This document shows, piece by piece, positions 1 through 10,255 of a DNA stretch of 64,000 nucleotides. This DNA comes from an uncultured archaeon (GTDB taxonomy: Archaea; Aenigmatarchaeota; Aenigmatarchaeia; Aenigmatarchaeales; Aenigmatarchaeaceae): assembly GCA_964608725.1 (NCBI GenBank), contig CAZSPB010000003.1, positions 55,645-119,644 on the forward strand, read 5' to 3'. The number at the start of each line of letters is the position of its first letter. Within the stretch, counting starts at the first letter, position 1. A program made the translations under genes and the position numbers. Below the pieces are notes generated by a model. It saw nothing but the letters and a program-made list of their open reading frames with translations, did not search any database and was not told the DNA's origin.

Positions 1-1635
1 CTTACTATAGCTGGAGCAGGAACCAGACTTATCTGGTATCCAAGAAAAGCAGCCTTCAGAGCTGGAGAAGTAAATTTTGATCAATGGGATGACACTAATA
101 TTGGATGGACCTCAGTTGCAATGGGATACAATACGAAAGCTAGTGGAAGCAGTGCTGTGGCCTTAGGTCAAGGTACAACTGCTAGTGGAACGAGTTCAAC
201 AGCTTTAGGAGGTTATAGCACTGCTAGTGGAATAGCTTCAACTGCAATAGGAAATGGTGCTCAGGCTACAGGTTCTTATTCAGTGGCTTTAGGTGGGAAT
301 AATCCTCGTGCTACTAATTACGGTGCAATTGCAATTGGAAATGATGTCACTGCTAGTGGTCAATTTGCATATGTTATTGGTAAGGGAGCAGGTAGCGGAT
401 CCAATGCTCTCATCAATGATATACAAGACTCACTAATGATTGGTTTTAATAGTAATATTCCTACTTTATTTATTGGGCCAAGTAGTGGTTTAGAGACTAC
501 TGGTAATGTCGGTATTGGAACAGCTAGTCCAAAATCAAAGTTAGATGTTTCTGGGGACATAACACTTAGTGGGACTGCAAGAAAAATATACTTTGGTGTT
601 GCAGGAGAAAATGGACCTCATGGATTAAATTTCTCTAATGAGCTCTTCGTATTCTATAGGACTTCTCCTAACAATCTTGAGTTTGAACATTCGGATGGAA
701 CTGATATCTTAGTTATTGATAGGGATGGAAAAAGGGTCGGTATTGGGACGAACACTCCTGATCCGTATGTTGGTTTGGATATAAGGAATTCTGAACCTCT
801 TGGAAATAGAGGACAGATCATAGCTGATACGTATTTGCTCAGAAATAAGACAGGCTTAGCGTACGTTCCAAGTGATACTGGAGGTTGGATAGATGTTTAT
901 GAAGATAATTTAAACTTAAACTTAATGCATGCTATAAGTGGAAAAGGTATTTCATTTAACATCCCAGGCGGTGTTGGCGGCGTCACAAGAATGTTTATTA
1001 GATCGGATGGTAACGTCGGTATAGGGACAACGAGTCCACAATCTCCATTACATGTTGAAAAGGACATAGATAATTGGGGTAGAATAGCAAGGTTCTATGA
1101 TCCTTCAATGGCTGTAGACGATAATATGGTGATTCACCTTGGAAAGAGTGATGGAGGTCCAGCAGCAGAGATAGGATTTACATACAAAGGGGATACATCA
1201 GATCAAAATATACTATTTCTAGGACATTATAATAACCCATACATAGTTAAGATAAGAAAGGATGGTAATGTATATGTAGAAGGCAATATCTACAAAACTG
1301 GAACTATAAGCTTTGTTCAAGATTATCCTGACCAACCAGGAAAGCAAATAGTATATGTAGCTTTGGAAGGTCCAGAAGCAGCTACTTATATTAGAGGAAC
1401 TGCCGAATGTAAAGGTGTAGCAACTATTCAATTCCCAGAGCATTTCAAATTAGTAACTAGTAAAGAGGGGTTAACTGCTCAACTAACACCGAGAGGTAAA
1501 CCTAACAATCTCTTCATAATAAACTTGAGCAACGAAAAGTTAGTAGTTGGTTGTAGTGAAGAAGGAACTTTCGATTATTTCGTTCAAGGAACAAGAGTTG
1601 GTTATGAGGATTTTAATCCAATAAAGACAAAATAG
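1..1635 (+). CDS. Partial (5'-truncated by window edge) surface/adhesin-like protein with N-terminal Hep_Hag/YadA-head-like repeats followed by a beta-rich C-terminal domain
   Basis: The frame is open from base 1 with no stop before the M at 121. Repeated 'S.A.G..S.A.G / SVA(L/M)G' units and 'WDxxNIGW' resemble Hep_Hag-type fibre/adhesin repeats. Confidence 0.45.
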   Translation, partial: LTIAGAGTRLIWYPRKAAFRAGEVNFDQWDDTNIGWTSVAMGYNTKASGSSAVALGQGTTASGTSSTALGGYSTASGIASTAIGNGAQATGSYSVALGGNNPRATNYGAIAIGNDVTASGQFAYVIGKGAGSGSNALINDIQDSLMIGFNSNIPTLFIGPSSGLETTGNVGIGTASPKSKLDVSGDITLSGTARKIYFGVAGENGPHGLNFSNELFVFYRTSPNNLEFEHSDGTDILVIDRDGKRVGIGTNTPDPYVGLDIRNSEPLGNRGQIIADTYLLRNKTGLAYVPSDTGGWIDVYEDNLNLNLMHAISGKGISFNIPGGVGGVTRMFIRSDGNVGIGTTSPQSPLHVEKDIDNWGRIARFYDPSMAVDDNMVIHLGKSDGGPAAEIGFTYKGDTSDQNILFLGHYNNPYIVKIRKDGNVYVEGNIYKTGTISFVQDYPDQPGKQIVYVALEGPEAATYIRGTAECKGVATIQFPEHFKLVTSKEGLTAQLTPRGKPNNLFIINLSNEKLVVGCSEEGTFDYFVQGTRVGYEDFNPIKTK

Positions 1636-1703
1636 TTTGTTGATATTAAATATTGCTACTGAAAAATTGGCAAATCATGAATTACAATTAAAGAGGGAGA
1701 TGA

Positions 1704-2786
1704 CTAGATTTCAATTTTCCACCTTAAAATAGCAGCTATACCTCCAAGTTGATATAACTGTTTCCCTTCTCTTGTATCTTTAGAAATTATTTCAATTTTA
1801 GTTCCAAATTGTTTTGCTTTTTCCTTAAATTCTTTTGTCTCCAAACCTTCAGAAATGAGAATTATATCAACTGCACCTAATTCTAAAGCTTTCATAACTT
1901 TATCTTTACCATAAGTTACCATACCACTTTCCTTTTTTAATTCTTCAAAAAATTTTTGTAACAAAGCTTTTTCTTTTGCTATAGCAGCTTCAGCTAAAAT
2001 GTCTTGTGACTTTTCAACTAGTTCTTCTAGGCCATGTTCATCTGTGTAACCAGTATTTTTTATACCAAGAACTTGTTTTTTAATATCAGTTAAAAGATAA
2101 TCCCCAGAAAAGAAATTTTCTTTTGCAGGCCCTGGCCCTCCAATTATTATACCTTTCAAATTAAATTTTGAGAAATTATTTCTTACTCTTTCAGCTATTT
2201 TTTTATACCAGTCGTTTATTAACCCTTCCCTAACTCTTTGAAAACGCTGAGCACTTTGACCCCCTTTTATAGTTTTTGACGGGACTATTGATTCTAGTCT
2301 TTCTAATAACTCAATTTTTTTACCTTTTAGCAAACCAATAGAAGCTTCCCTATTATCCATAACTAAAAGACCAAATAACTCTTTTTCTGCAACCATGTCT
2401 TCTAAAGGCCCTAGCTCAAACTTCTTATCACACCAATACTTTTTTATCCTTAACTTTTCTGGAGGTTCTATTGCCCATGCTCTTATATCTGACTCGCCTT
2501 CTTTCTCTGAAATGTTACCTGAAAATATAACAAGTCCATTTTCAGGAGTTTTGCTGTAATGCTTAAGGTATTGTAAAATCTTTTCCAAAGCACCTAAAAC
2601 GTTGTTTCTTACTGTCTTATTCTTAACATTTTCAGTAAGTGTTTGTTCTTGTCTTATCATGTTTATTGCTTCTTGAATGTTGAAGCCTGAAGGTATGTAA
2701 AAGCTAACAAGCTCAGTATGTCTACCTTTAATTTTGCTTAATTCTTCAATTAGTTTCTTTACTTTGTACACCTTTTCCTCAACCAT
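1704..2786 (-). CDS. prf1: Peptide chain release factor aRF1
   Basis: GGQ motif ('KGGQSAQRFQR') and three-domain eRF1-like layout. The NIKS position reads 'NVKN'. Confidence 0.6.
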   Translation of the reverse strand: MVEEKVYKVKKLIEELSKIKGRHTELVSFYIPSGFNIQEAINMIRQEQTLTENVKNKTVRNNVLGALEKILQYLKHYSKTPENGLVIFSGNISEKEGESDIRAWAIEPPEKLRIKKYWCDKKFELGPLEDMVAEKELFGLLVMDNREASIGLLKGKKIELLERLESIVPSKTIKGGQSAQRFQRVREGLINDWYKKIAERVRNNFSKFNLKGIIIGGPGPAKENFFSGDYLLTDIKKQVLGIKNTGYTDEHGLEELVEKSQDILAEAAIAKEKALLQKFFEELKKESGMVTYGKDKVMKALELGAVDIILISEGLETKEFKEKAKQFGTKIEIISKDTREGKQLYQLGGIAAILRWKIEI

Positions 2787-2848
2787 ACTAACACCTAAAA
2801 GAAATAGCTACTCCCTGATTTCAATCTTACCTTTCATAGTTTCCCTAA

Positions 2849-5248
2849 TTATATTCTCACACTTATTTTTATAGGATATCCTTCAACTTCTAAATCTCCT
2901 TCTCCAAATTCTAAATTCTTTACTTTCATAGTACCTTTTATATCATCAAAAAATCTTTCTAGTCTCTTCATTATTACTTCATCACATTTTATAGTAACCT
3001 TTTCCAAAGGTGCATTTAAAGCTAAACCTCTCCTGCTTTTGTACTTCCTAAGGAAAGATATTATCGCAACTACAATATCTCCTATCTCTTCTGCATCTTT
3101 GTCTATAAACTTTTCATTCACTTTTGGCCATTTTGAAACATGAATTGAAATATCTTTTTCAACGTTTCTAAAGTAAATTTGCCACATTTCTTCTGTTATG
3201 TAAGGTATTATAGGGGCTAACATTTTATTAACATTTAAAATTAGATTATATAAAGTGAAAAGAGCAGCATCCTTATTCTTATTTTCATACAACCTATATT
3301 TTATGATTTCAATATAATTGTCAGCAACATCATGCCATAAGAATTTGTGTAAAACTTCAAATGCTCTTGAAAATTGAAAATTTTCATAATAATAAGTTAC
3401 TTCTTTAATGACTTTTTGAAGTTTCGTTAATATCCAATAGTCTATTAAAGTTGGTTCAGCTTCTTTAAAATCTTTCAAGTGCATTCTAGAAAATCTAAAA
3501 ACATTCCACAACTTCGTTAAAAATCTGAATGTGAATTCCATATCTTTCCAAGAAAATGGGACATCATTTCCATAAGCCCCCATCATGATAAGGCCAGCTC
3601 TTATCACATCAGCCCCATGTTTTGATAAGACATCATCAGGCATAACAACATTTCCTAAACTTTTATGCATTTCTCTCCCATCAGGCCCAAGAATCATCCC
3701 ATTTATTAATATTTTTTTCCATGGTTTCATTTTCGTTTCAAGAAAACATCTTAAAATAGTGTAATAGGCCCAAGTCCTTATAATATCATGACCTTGCTGT
3801 CTCAAATCATTTGGATAAAGCTTTTTAAACAATTCATCATCTTTCCAATAACCAGAAATTACTAATGGTGTTATTGAAGAATCTATCCAACCATCACACA
3901 CATCACTTTCTCCAATTATTTTACCACCGCAATCACATTTTTTCAATTTGTACTCCTCTATAGCTGGGTTAACTGGTAAATCTTTTTCTTCTGGTAAATA
4001 TATTTTTCCACAAGATTCACAGTACCAAAAAGGAATTGGGGTTCCATAAACTCTTTGTCTTGAAAATATCCAATCCCAATCCATAGAATCAATCCAATTT
4101 AAAAGTCTCTTTTTCATGTATTCAGGATACCACTCTATATTCTCAGCTATTTCTTTTATTTCTTTTGAAAATTTCACAGCATCTATTGCCCATTGTTTTT
4201 TAGTTAAAAATTCTATTGGATTTAAACAAGTTGATCTTTCAGTGTGACAAAGAACATTATGCTTAAATTTTTCTTCTTTCTCTAGAAAACCAAGAATTCC
4301 AAGTTCTTCGGCTATCTTTATTCTAGCATCTTCTATTTTCATTCCTTTAAACTTTCCTGCATTTTCATTTAACCTACCATCTTCTGTCACAATGTTTATA
4401 GCTGGTAGGCCATATTTCTTTTGCCATTTTATATCAGACTCATCCCCATAAGTACACAAGTAAACAGCACCGCTTCCAAATTTCATATCAACTTCAGGGT
4501 TAGTAAGAATTGGAACTTCTCTATTAAATATAGGAAGTTTGGCCTTTTTGTTAACGAATTTTTTATATCTTTCATCTTTAGGATTCACAAAAATTGCAAC
4601 ACAAGCTGGAAGCATTTCTGGTCTTGTTGTTGCAATAGTTATAAAGCTTTCTTCTACAGGAAACTTTATGTAATAAAGAATTCCTTCTCTCTCAATGTAA
4701 CCAACCTCTGCTTTTGCAAGTGTTGTTTTACATTTTGTGCACCACATAACCGGATGCTCAACTCTTTTTATCAAACCCCTATGATACAAATTTAACAAAG
4801 TTTTTTGAACGAATGCTTTGTATTCTTTACTATCACTCCTATATTCAAAATCCCAATCAGCAGAATACCCCATTTCTATCATTTTATTTTTCATCTTCTT
4901 TATGCAATCTTCTGTCCAAATTTTACATAATTCTAAAAACTTCTCTTTATCCTCCTTATTCACATTAAAATTCTTTTCAACTTGTAGTTCAGTTGGCAAA
5001 CCATGGCAATCCCATCCTTGAGGGAGCAAAACGTTAAAGCCTTGCATCCTTTTAAATCTTGCTATGACATCATTCCAAGTCCACCATAAAACATGGCCCA
5101 TATGAGGTACTCCAGAAGTAAATGGAGGGGGAGTATCTATGATAAAAGTAGGTTTATCACTTTTTCTATTAAATTTGAATATTTTATTCTCTTCCCAAAA
5201 CTTTCTTATCCTAGGCTCCACTTCTTTAGGATTATAAACTTTTTGCAT
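2849..5248 (-). CDS. valS: Valyl-tRNA synthetase (class I)
   Basis: 'PPPFTSGVPHMGH' HIGH-type motif and a 'KMHKSLGN' KMSKS motif; a 799-aa length fits archaeal ValRS. Confidence 0.6.
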   Translation of the reverse strand: MQKVYNPKEVEPRIRKFWEENKIFKFNRKSDKPTFIIDTPPPFTSGVPHMGHVLWWTWNDVIARFKRMQGFNVLLPQGWDCHGLPTELQVEKNFNVNKEDKEKFLELCKIWTEDCIKKMKNKMIEMGYSADWDFEYRSDSKEYKAFVQKTLLNLYHRGLIKRVEHPVMWCTKCKTTLAKAEVGYIEREGILYYIKFPVEESFITIATTRPEMLPACVAIFVNPKDERYKKFVNKKAKLPIFNREVPILTNPEVDMKFGSGAVYLCTYGDESDIKWQKKYGLPAINIVTEDGRLNENAGKFKGMKIEDARIKIAEELGILGFLEKEEKFKHNVLCHTERSTCLNPIEFLTKKQWAIDAVKFSKEIKEIAENIEWYPEYMKKRLLNWIDSMDWDWIFSRQRVYGTPIPFWYCESCGKIYLPEEKDLPVNPAIEEYKLKKCDCGGKIIGESDVCDGWIDSSITPLVISGYWKDDELFKKLYPNDLRQQGHDIIRTWAYYTILRCFLETKMKPWKKILINGMILGPDGREMHKSLGNVVMPDDVLSKHGADVIRAGLIMMGAYGNDVPFSWKDMEFTFRFLTKLWNVFRFSRMHLKDFKEAEPTLIDYWILTKLQKVIKEVTYYYENFQFSRAFEVLHKFLWHDVADNYIEIIKYRLYENKNKDAALFTLYNLILNVNKMLAPIIPYITEEMWQIYFRNVEKDISIHVSKWPKVNEKFIDKDAEEIGDIVVAIISFLRKYKSRRGLALNAPLEKVTIKCDEVIMKRLERFFDDIKGTMKVKNLEFGEGDLEVEGYPIKISVRI

Positions 5249-5281
5249 GAGAGAATTTTATTCTTTCTAATAAATAAATTT

Positions 5282-5848
5282 TTAAAGAATGTTAAAGCTT
5301 TTTAAAAATCTCCTTATTTTCTTAAAATCTTTCTCCATTTTTTCTTTAATTTTTGGAAATCTCATTGCAGCAGAAGGATGAAAAGTTGGAATAAAAATGA
5401 TACCGTTTTTCTTAATAATTTTTCCATGTAATTTTGATATTTTTGCTTTTTCATCTATCAAAGCCTTTAAAGCAGTATTTCCCAAAAGGACAATTACTTT
5501 AGGCTTAATTATCTCAATTTGTTTTTTTGTATGAAGCATACCATGCCTTATTTCTTTTATGTTTGGAGCTCTTTTTCCAGGATAATACTTTACAGGAGAT
5601 GTTATGAAAACTTTTTCTCTTTTTATTCCTATTGAATTAAGCATTTTTGTTAAGAATTTCCCCGCTCTCCCAATAAAAGGCCTTCCAACTTTGCTTTCTT
5701 CTATTCCAGGTGCTTCACCAATGAACATAACTTTAGCATTTGGATCGCCTTCTCCTGGAACAGGCAATCCATATTTATTTTTCCTACATTCTTTACATTT
5801 CTTTATTTCATCAGCTATTTTTTCTAAAGCTCTCTTCTTATCAGACAT
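5282..5848 (-). CDS. udg: Uracil-DNA glycosylase, family 4
   Basis: 'PGEGDPNAKVMFIGEAPG' family-4 UDG motif, with Cys residues upstream that fit Fe-S cluster ligands. Confidence 0.7.
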   Translation of the reverse strand: MSDKKRALEKIADEIKKCKECRKNKYGLPVPGEGDPNAKVMFIGEAPGIEESKVGRPFIGRAGKFLTKMLNSIGIKREKVFITSPVKYYPGKRAPNIKEIRHGMLHTKKQIEIIKPKVIVLLGNTALKALIDEKAKISKLHGKIIKKNGIIFIPTFHPSAAMRFPKIKEKMEKDFKKIRRFLKSFNIL

Positions 5849-6557
5849 ACTTTTTCAGTCCAGGTTTTGGTAAATTTTCAGTATCTATTTCAACTAATTT
5901 TCTATTTATAGTGAAACAAACGTTAAAGACTGGAATAGAATCAACAAAAGCTAAAGGTATTCCATAGTGTGCATGTCCATGAACAGCAAAAGTTGGCTTT
6001 GTCTTAATAAGAACTTTCTCAAGTTTTTTACTCCCTAAGCCACCATAAACTCTAGGATCTTCACCTTTTAATGTTTTATAAGTTGGTGAATAATGAGTAA
6101 GTAGAATTTTTATATCAGTTTTCAAATTTTTTAGTAAAATTTCTATTTTCTTTATCCTTTCTTTGTAAATGTCTTTAATCCCTGGTATGTGAGATGATTG
6201 CCACCAAGTAGGGACATCTAAAGAACCTCTAGAACCAACTATTCCAACTTTTTTATTTTTTATTTTTAAAACTATACTTTCATCATTCAAAAACTTTATT
6301 CTCTTTTTGCAAACTTTCTTTATCTCATCTATATCTTCATCAAACTCTCTGTTTCCAAAAACAGCAACTATTGGACACTTCCACTTCCTTAATTTTATAA
6401 AATCTAATATTAGGCCATACAATTCAGGAGAACGAAATTCGTACATATCTCCAGCAAAAAGCAAAAGATCTGGTTCTTTTGATTCTCTAATCATTTTATA
6501 AAAAGGTTCTAAATCTACACCAAGAGGATCAAGATCTGAAATAGCTTTGACAATCAT
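5841..6557 (-). CDS. Calcineurin-like metallophosphoesterase
   Basis: 'GDMYEF', 'GNREFD' and 'HGHAHYG' metallophosphoesterase motifs. At 238 aa it is too short to be Mre11. Confidence 0.55.
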   Translation of the reverse strand: MIVKAISDLDPLGVDLEPFYKMIRESKEPDLLLFAGDMYEFRSPELYGLILDFIKLRKWKCPIVAVFGNREFDEDIDEIKKVCKKRIKFLNDESIVLKIKNKKVGIVGSRGSLDVPTWWQSSHIPGIKDIYKERIKKIEILLKNLKTDIKILLTHYSPTYKTLKGEDPRVYGGLGSKKLEKVLIKTKPTFAVHGHAHYGIPLAFVDSIPVFNVCFTINRKLVEIDTENLPKPGLKKYV

Positions 6558-6594
6558 AAATATTCTTTTAACTTAATAAATTTAAAATTATGAT

Positions 6595-6666
6595 GGGCCG
6601 GTAGATCAATGGAAGATCGCTACCTTCGCAAGGTAGAGGTTGTGGGTTCGAATCCCACCCGGTCCA
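6595..6666 (+). tRNA. tRNA-Ala (anticodon CGC)
   Basis: Cloverleaf drawn by hand: acceptor GGGCCGG/CCGGUCC with a G3:U70 pair, anticodon loop UUCGCAA, T-loop UUCGAAU, discriminator A. No encoded CCA. Confidence 0.85.
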
Positions 6667-7173
6667 CTAAAAAAGAGTGTGCGATTTAGTTACATCAAAA
6701 GGTTTTCCTTTACTCTTTTTATTTCTAAAAATTCTTTTGAAAATTTTCAGCTCTTCTGGTATCTTTGGCCTTTCCTCTGGAATATATCTTTGTGGTTGTT
6801 CTTCCTTATCAACTTCAATTTTATATGAATTTGGTGCAATAACTTCCAATATACTCCATTTTTCCATATCTTTTTCAGAAGCTGAAAAACTTACATAACC
6901 ATTATTTGATTTTAACCTCCTCTTTTTTCCCATCAATTCTTGCATCTTAACTTTTCTTAAAATTTCTCTAACAGGCTCTTCATCTTCTATTTTAATTTTA
7001 ATTGTGTATTTGTGATTAAATAATCCTCTTTTTTCTCCTTTCACAACATATTTCTCTCCATTACAAGAAAGAGAAAAATTATAAGTTTGATGAAAAAATT
7101 GTTTTATTTTTGATAAAGGAGACCTCATATATGAAATAGAAAAATCAAATTTATATAAGTTCATCAAAAACAT
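6667..7173 (-). CDS. Hypothetical protein
   Basis: 168-aa ORF with no recognisable motif. Confidence 0.3.
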   Translation of the reverse strand: MFLMNLYKFDFSISYMRSPLSKIKQFFHQTYNFSLSCNGEKYVVKGEKRGLFNHKYTIKIKIEDEEPVREILRKVKMQELMGKKRRLKSNNGYVSFSASEKDMEKWSILEVIAPNSYKIEVDKEEQPQRYIPEERPKIPEELKIFKRIFRNKKSKGKPFDVTKSHTLF

Positions 7174-7179
7174 TAATAC

Positions 7180-7252
7180 GGGCCGGTGGTCTAGTGGCTA
7201 TGACGCCACCTTGACGAGGTGGAGGTCGCAGGTTCAAATCCTGCCCGGCCCA
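7180..7252 (+). tRNA. tRNA-Val (anticodon GAC)
   Basis: Acceptor GGGCCGG/CCGGCCC, anticodon stem CCACC/GGUGG with loop UUGACGA, T-arm GCAGG-UUCAAAU-CCUGC. Confidence 0.85.
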
Positions 7253-7316
7253 TTAGTAATAGTTACTTTTGCTATTTCTAGCGAAAAAAGAAAATTTTTT
7301 GTTCATTTAATACTTC

Positions 7317-7520
7317 TTAAAAATTTTTATTAAGTGAATAATACCTTACCAACTTTTCTTCCATTGGAAGAAACTCGATTTCACTTTTTACATAACCATT
7401 TTTTTCCAGTTTACTCAAATAAATTTTTATTAAGTTTTCATCCGAATTAATTGCATCTGCTATTTGTTTTAAAGAAAGTTTTCTTTGATGTTCTAACAAC
7501 TTCATTATTTTACTCTCCAT
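7317..7520 (-). CDS. Small winged-helix DNA-binding protein (putative transcription regulator)
   Basis: 67 aa with an HTH-like 'LSLKQIADAINSDENLIKIYLSKLEKNGYV' segment. Confidence 0.35.
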   Translation of the reverse strand: MESKIMKLLEHQRKLSLKQIADAINSDENLIKIYLSKLEKNGYVKSEIEFLPMEEKLVRYYSLNKNF

Positions 7521-7608
7521 CTAAAACACCTTTTACAAAAATTCGAAAGAAGATTTTTATAATTTGCGAAAGCAAACTATTTTAAAATAGAAAGATAGAT
7601 GTATGATA

Positions 7609-7692
7609 GGGCCGGTAGCTTAGCCTGGTGGAGCGCTCGGCTGATATTAAATAGAAACCGAGAGGTCGCAGGTTCAAATCCTGCCCGGCCCA
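7609..7692 (+). tRNA. Intron-containing tRNA, probably tRNA-Ile (GAU) with a ~10-nt intron after position 37
   Basis: 84 nt. Acceptor GGGCCGG/CCGGCCC, D-arm GCUU..GAGC, anticodon stem CUCGG/CCGAG enclosing 17 nt (CUGAUA + 10 nt + A), T-arm GCAGG-UUCAAAU-CCUGC. Confidence 0.6.
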
Positions 7693-7722
7693 CTATTTTT
7701 CAAAAAGTTTATCCTTATTAAA

Positions 7723-8343
7723 ATGAGCAAAATGAAAATCATAAAGAGAGGTGCAGAAGCAATTTTGTATTTGGAAGATAATAGTTTAGTTAAAGAAAGG
7801 ATTAAGAAAAGTTATAGGATAAAAGAAATTGATACTCAGCTGAGAAAAACTAGAACTAGAAAGGAAGCAAAATTATTATCAGAAGCAAGAAGAATTGGAG
7901 TAGAAACTCCAAAAATATTTCTTGTTAACGAAGAAAAATTTAAAATTTTTATGGAGTTTGTAGATGGTAAAAGACTTAAAGAATTTTTGAATGAATGCAG
8001 CGAAAGCGAGAAAAAAAAGATAGCGAAAAAAATTGGAGAAAAAGTTGGAATTTTACATGAGAATGGGATTGTTCATGGTGATTTAACAACGAGTAACATG
8101 ATTCTAAAAAATGGTAAAATATACTTCATTGATTTTGGCCTTGGTTTTTTCTCGAAAAGAATAGAAGATCTTGCAACCGATCTTTCCGTCTTGAAGGAGG
8201 CATTTAAATCAACTCATTTCAAGTACCTAGATATCTTGTGGAAGAGTTTCATGAAGGGTTATAAAGAAACTTGTAAAAAATGGAAAAAAATCTTGAAAGT
8301 TTTAGAAAAAATAGAAAAGAGAGGAAGATATATTAAAAGATAA
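7723..8343 (+). CDS. bud32: Bud32/KEOPS-type atypical Ser/Thr kinase (RIO-like)
   Basis: 'ARGAEAIL', 'HGDLTTSNMIL' and 'FIDFGLG' kinase motifs; small size typical of archaeal Bud32. Confidence 0.65.
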   Translation: MSKMKIIKRGAEAILYLEDNSLVKERIKKSYRIKEIDTQLRKTRTRKEAKLLSEARRIGVETPKIFLVNEEKFKIFMEFVDGKRLKEFLNECSESEKKKIAKKIGEKVGILHENGIVHGDLTTSNMILKNGKIYFIDFGLGFFSKRIEDLATDLSVLKEAFKSTHFKYLDILWKSFMKGYKETCKKWKKILKVLEKIEKRGRYIKR

Positions 8344-8374
8344 TTATAAATATAAACTAAAAAAATAGTAGGTT

Positions 8375-10225
8375 ATGAAACAATACTTTTCAATATTTGT
8401 TCTTTTGGTTGCACTTTTCTTTGTCTATTTTATTTTAACAAGTTTCAAACCACCAATAACTTTAAAAGAAGATATGGTAACTTTTCTTTCTGAAGAAGAT
8501 TTTAAATCATACCTTAGTAAATCTCAAGAATTGGCAGCTTATCCTTATGGAGCTTTTGGTGCAGCTGCACTAGGAGCTATGAGAGCTGAAGTTGCTAAAG
8601 AAGCCTTGCCTGAAGTTCCTGAAAGAGTATCAACCACAACAGTTCAAGTGAAAGGGATAGATGAGCCTGATATAGTTAAAACTGATGGCCTTAGAATATA
8701 TTTTTCTTATAGAAAGACTAGAGCTATAAATGCTTTCCCTCCTCAGAATCTCTCAATTTTATCAGAAATTGATAAAACAGGAGATATGTTTCTTTACAAT
8801 AACAAATTAATTATCCTCTCTTATAGAGAAATTTATGGTTATGATGTTTCTGATCCTTCATCACCAAAACAAGAATACAAATTAAAATTAAATGGTTCTA
8901 TAGTTGGTTCAAGACTTTACAATGGTAAGATTTACTTAGTTTCTAGAGAGTACATAGATATTTACAAACCATGTCCCATTTATCCAGTTTCAATTAATGG
9001 AAAAAGAGTTGTAGTTAGATGCAAAGAAATATATCATCCTATAAGACCAATTCCTACTGATATTATTTATACTGCCATGGTTTTAAACCCAGAAACAGGA
9101 AATGTCGAAAATTCTATATCATTTGTTGGTTCTTACGGTTCTTCAATAATTTACATGTCAAAAAATGCCGTTTTCGTTACTTACTCCTATTATGGTGACT
9201 ACTTCCAAATATACTTAGATTTTCTAAGAGAAAAATGTAGAGATATAATTCCTTCTTACATTATAGAAAGATTAGAAGAAATTAGTAAATATAACATTAG
9301 CACAACATCAAAACTTTTTGAATTAACAAATATTTTGGAAAAGTATAAGAGAGGATTGAGTGATGACGAAAGGATGAGAATTGAAAATGAACTTGAAAAT
9401 AGGATGGAAGACTATTACAAACAAGCAATGAGAGACCTTGAAAGAACAGGAATAGTAAAGATAAGTTTAGATAACTTGAAAATTTTAGCTACTAATAGCA
9501 TTCCTGGAAGACCATTAAATCAATTCTCTTTAGATGAGTATAATAATCACTTAGGAATTGCAACAACAGTTGGAAGATGGGAAAAAAGTGAGAATGATAT
9601 TTACATTTTAGATAATAACTTAAACGTTGTTGGTTTCATTCAGGGTCTTGCTGTTACTGAAAGAATTTACTCAGTAAGATTCATTGATGATAAAGGTTAT
9701 GTCGTAACTTTTAGAGAAACGGATCCATTCTTTGTTTTAGATTTATCAAATCCAAGAAAACCTGAATTAAAAGGTGAGCTTAAGATACCTGGCTATTCTT
9801 CTTATTTGCATCCTATAAAAGAGAATCTAATTTTGGGTATAGGAAAAGAAGGTAGTAAAGTGAAAGTTTCTTTGTTTGATGTTTCAAATCCTAAAACTCC
9901 AGAAGAAATTGATAAGTATACGCTAAATGAATACTGGAGTGATATCTTATCAACTCATCATGCTTTCCTCCTTGATAAAAAACATGAAATATTTTTCTTG
10001 CCTGGAAGTAGAGGAGGTTATGTATTTTCATATTCACCAAAATTAAGCTTAATAAAAACAGTTTCTACTTACTATGCAAAAAGAGCAATTTATATTGAAG
10101 ATTATCTTTACATTATATCAGAATCAAAAATAATTGTTTTAGATGAGAATAATTGGGAAAGGATAAACGAGATTGAAATTCCTTATTCTTATTATCCTTT
10201 AAGAGGGGTTGAAGAAAAGATTTAA
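8375..10225 (+). CDS. Secreted/membrane-anchored beta-propeller-like domain protein
   Basis: N-terminal hydrophobic segment and a 616-aa beta-rich repetitive sequence. Resembles the archaeal 'beta-propeller domain' family, but the family assignment is from memory only. Confidence 0.3.
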   Translation: MKQYFSIFVLLVALFFVYFILTSFKPPITLKEDMVTFLSEEDFKSYLSKSQELAAYPYGAFGAAALGAMRAEVAKEALPEVPERVSTTTVQVKGIDEPDIVKTDGLRIYFSYRKTRAINAFPPQNLSILSEIDKTGDMFLYNNKLIILSYREIYGYDVSDPSSPKQEYKLKLNGSIVGSRLYNGKIYLVSREYIDIYKPCPIYPVSINGKRVVVRCKEIYHPIRPIPTDIIYTAMVLNPETGNVENSISFVGSYGSSIIYMSKNAVFVTYSYYGDYFQIYLDFLREKCRDIIPSYIIERLEEISKYNISTTSKLFELTNILEKYKRGLSDDERMRIENELENRMEDYYKQAMRDLERTGIVKISLDNLKILATNSIPGRPLNQFSLDEYNNHLGIATTVGRWEKSENDIYILDNNLNVVGFIQGLAVTERIYSVRFIDDKGYVVTFRETDPFFVLDLSNPRKPELKGELKIPGYSSYLHPIKENLILGIGKEGSKVKVSLFDVSNPKTPEEIDKYTLNEYWSDILSTHHAFLLDKKHEIFFLPGSRGGYVFSYSPKLSLIKTVSTYYAKRAIYIEDYLYIISESKIIVLDENNWERINEIEIPYSYYPLRGVEEKI

Positions 10226-10255
10226 ATCTTCTAGTAAAGATAGTTTAAAGGGATA

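Noticed and set aside
4421-5305. Plus-strand ORFs of 124, 67 and 70 aa inside/antisense to valS
   Set aside because: They lie entirely within the strongly supported valS coding region on the opposite strand and have low-complexity F/I/N-rich translations typical of AT-rich antisense frames.
5841-6557. Possibility that the metallophosphoesterase is Mre11 (which would link to the NurA-HerA pair)
   Set aside because: At 238 aa it is much shorter than archaeal Mre11, it lacks the capping/DNA-binding domain, and it is 45 kb away with no Rad50 neighbour. More consistent with a generic YfcE/MJ0936-type phosphoesterase.
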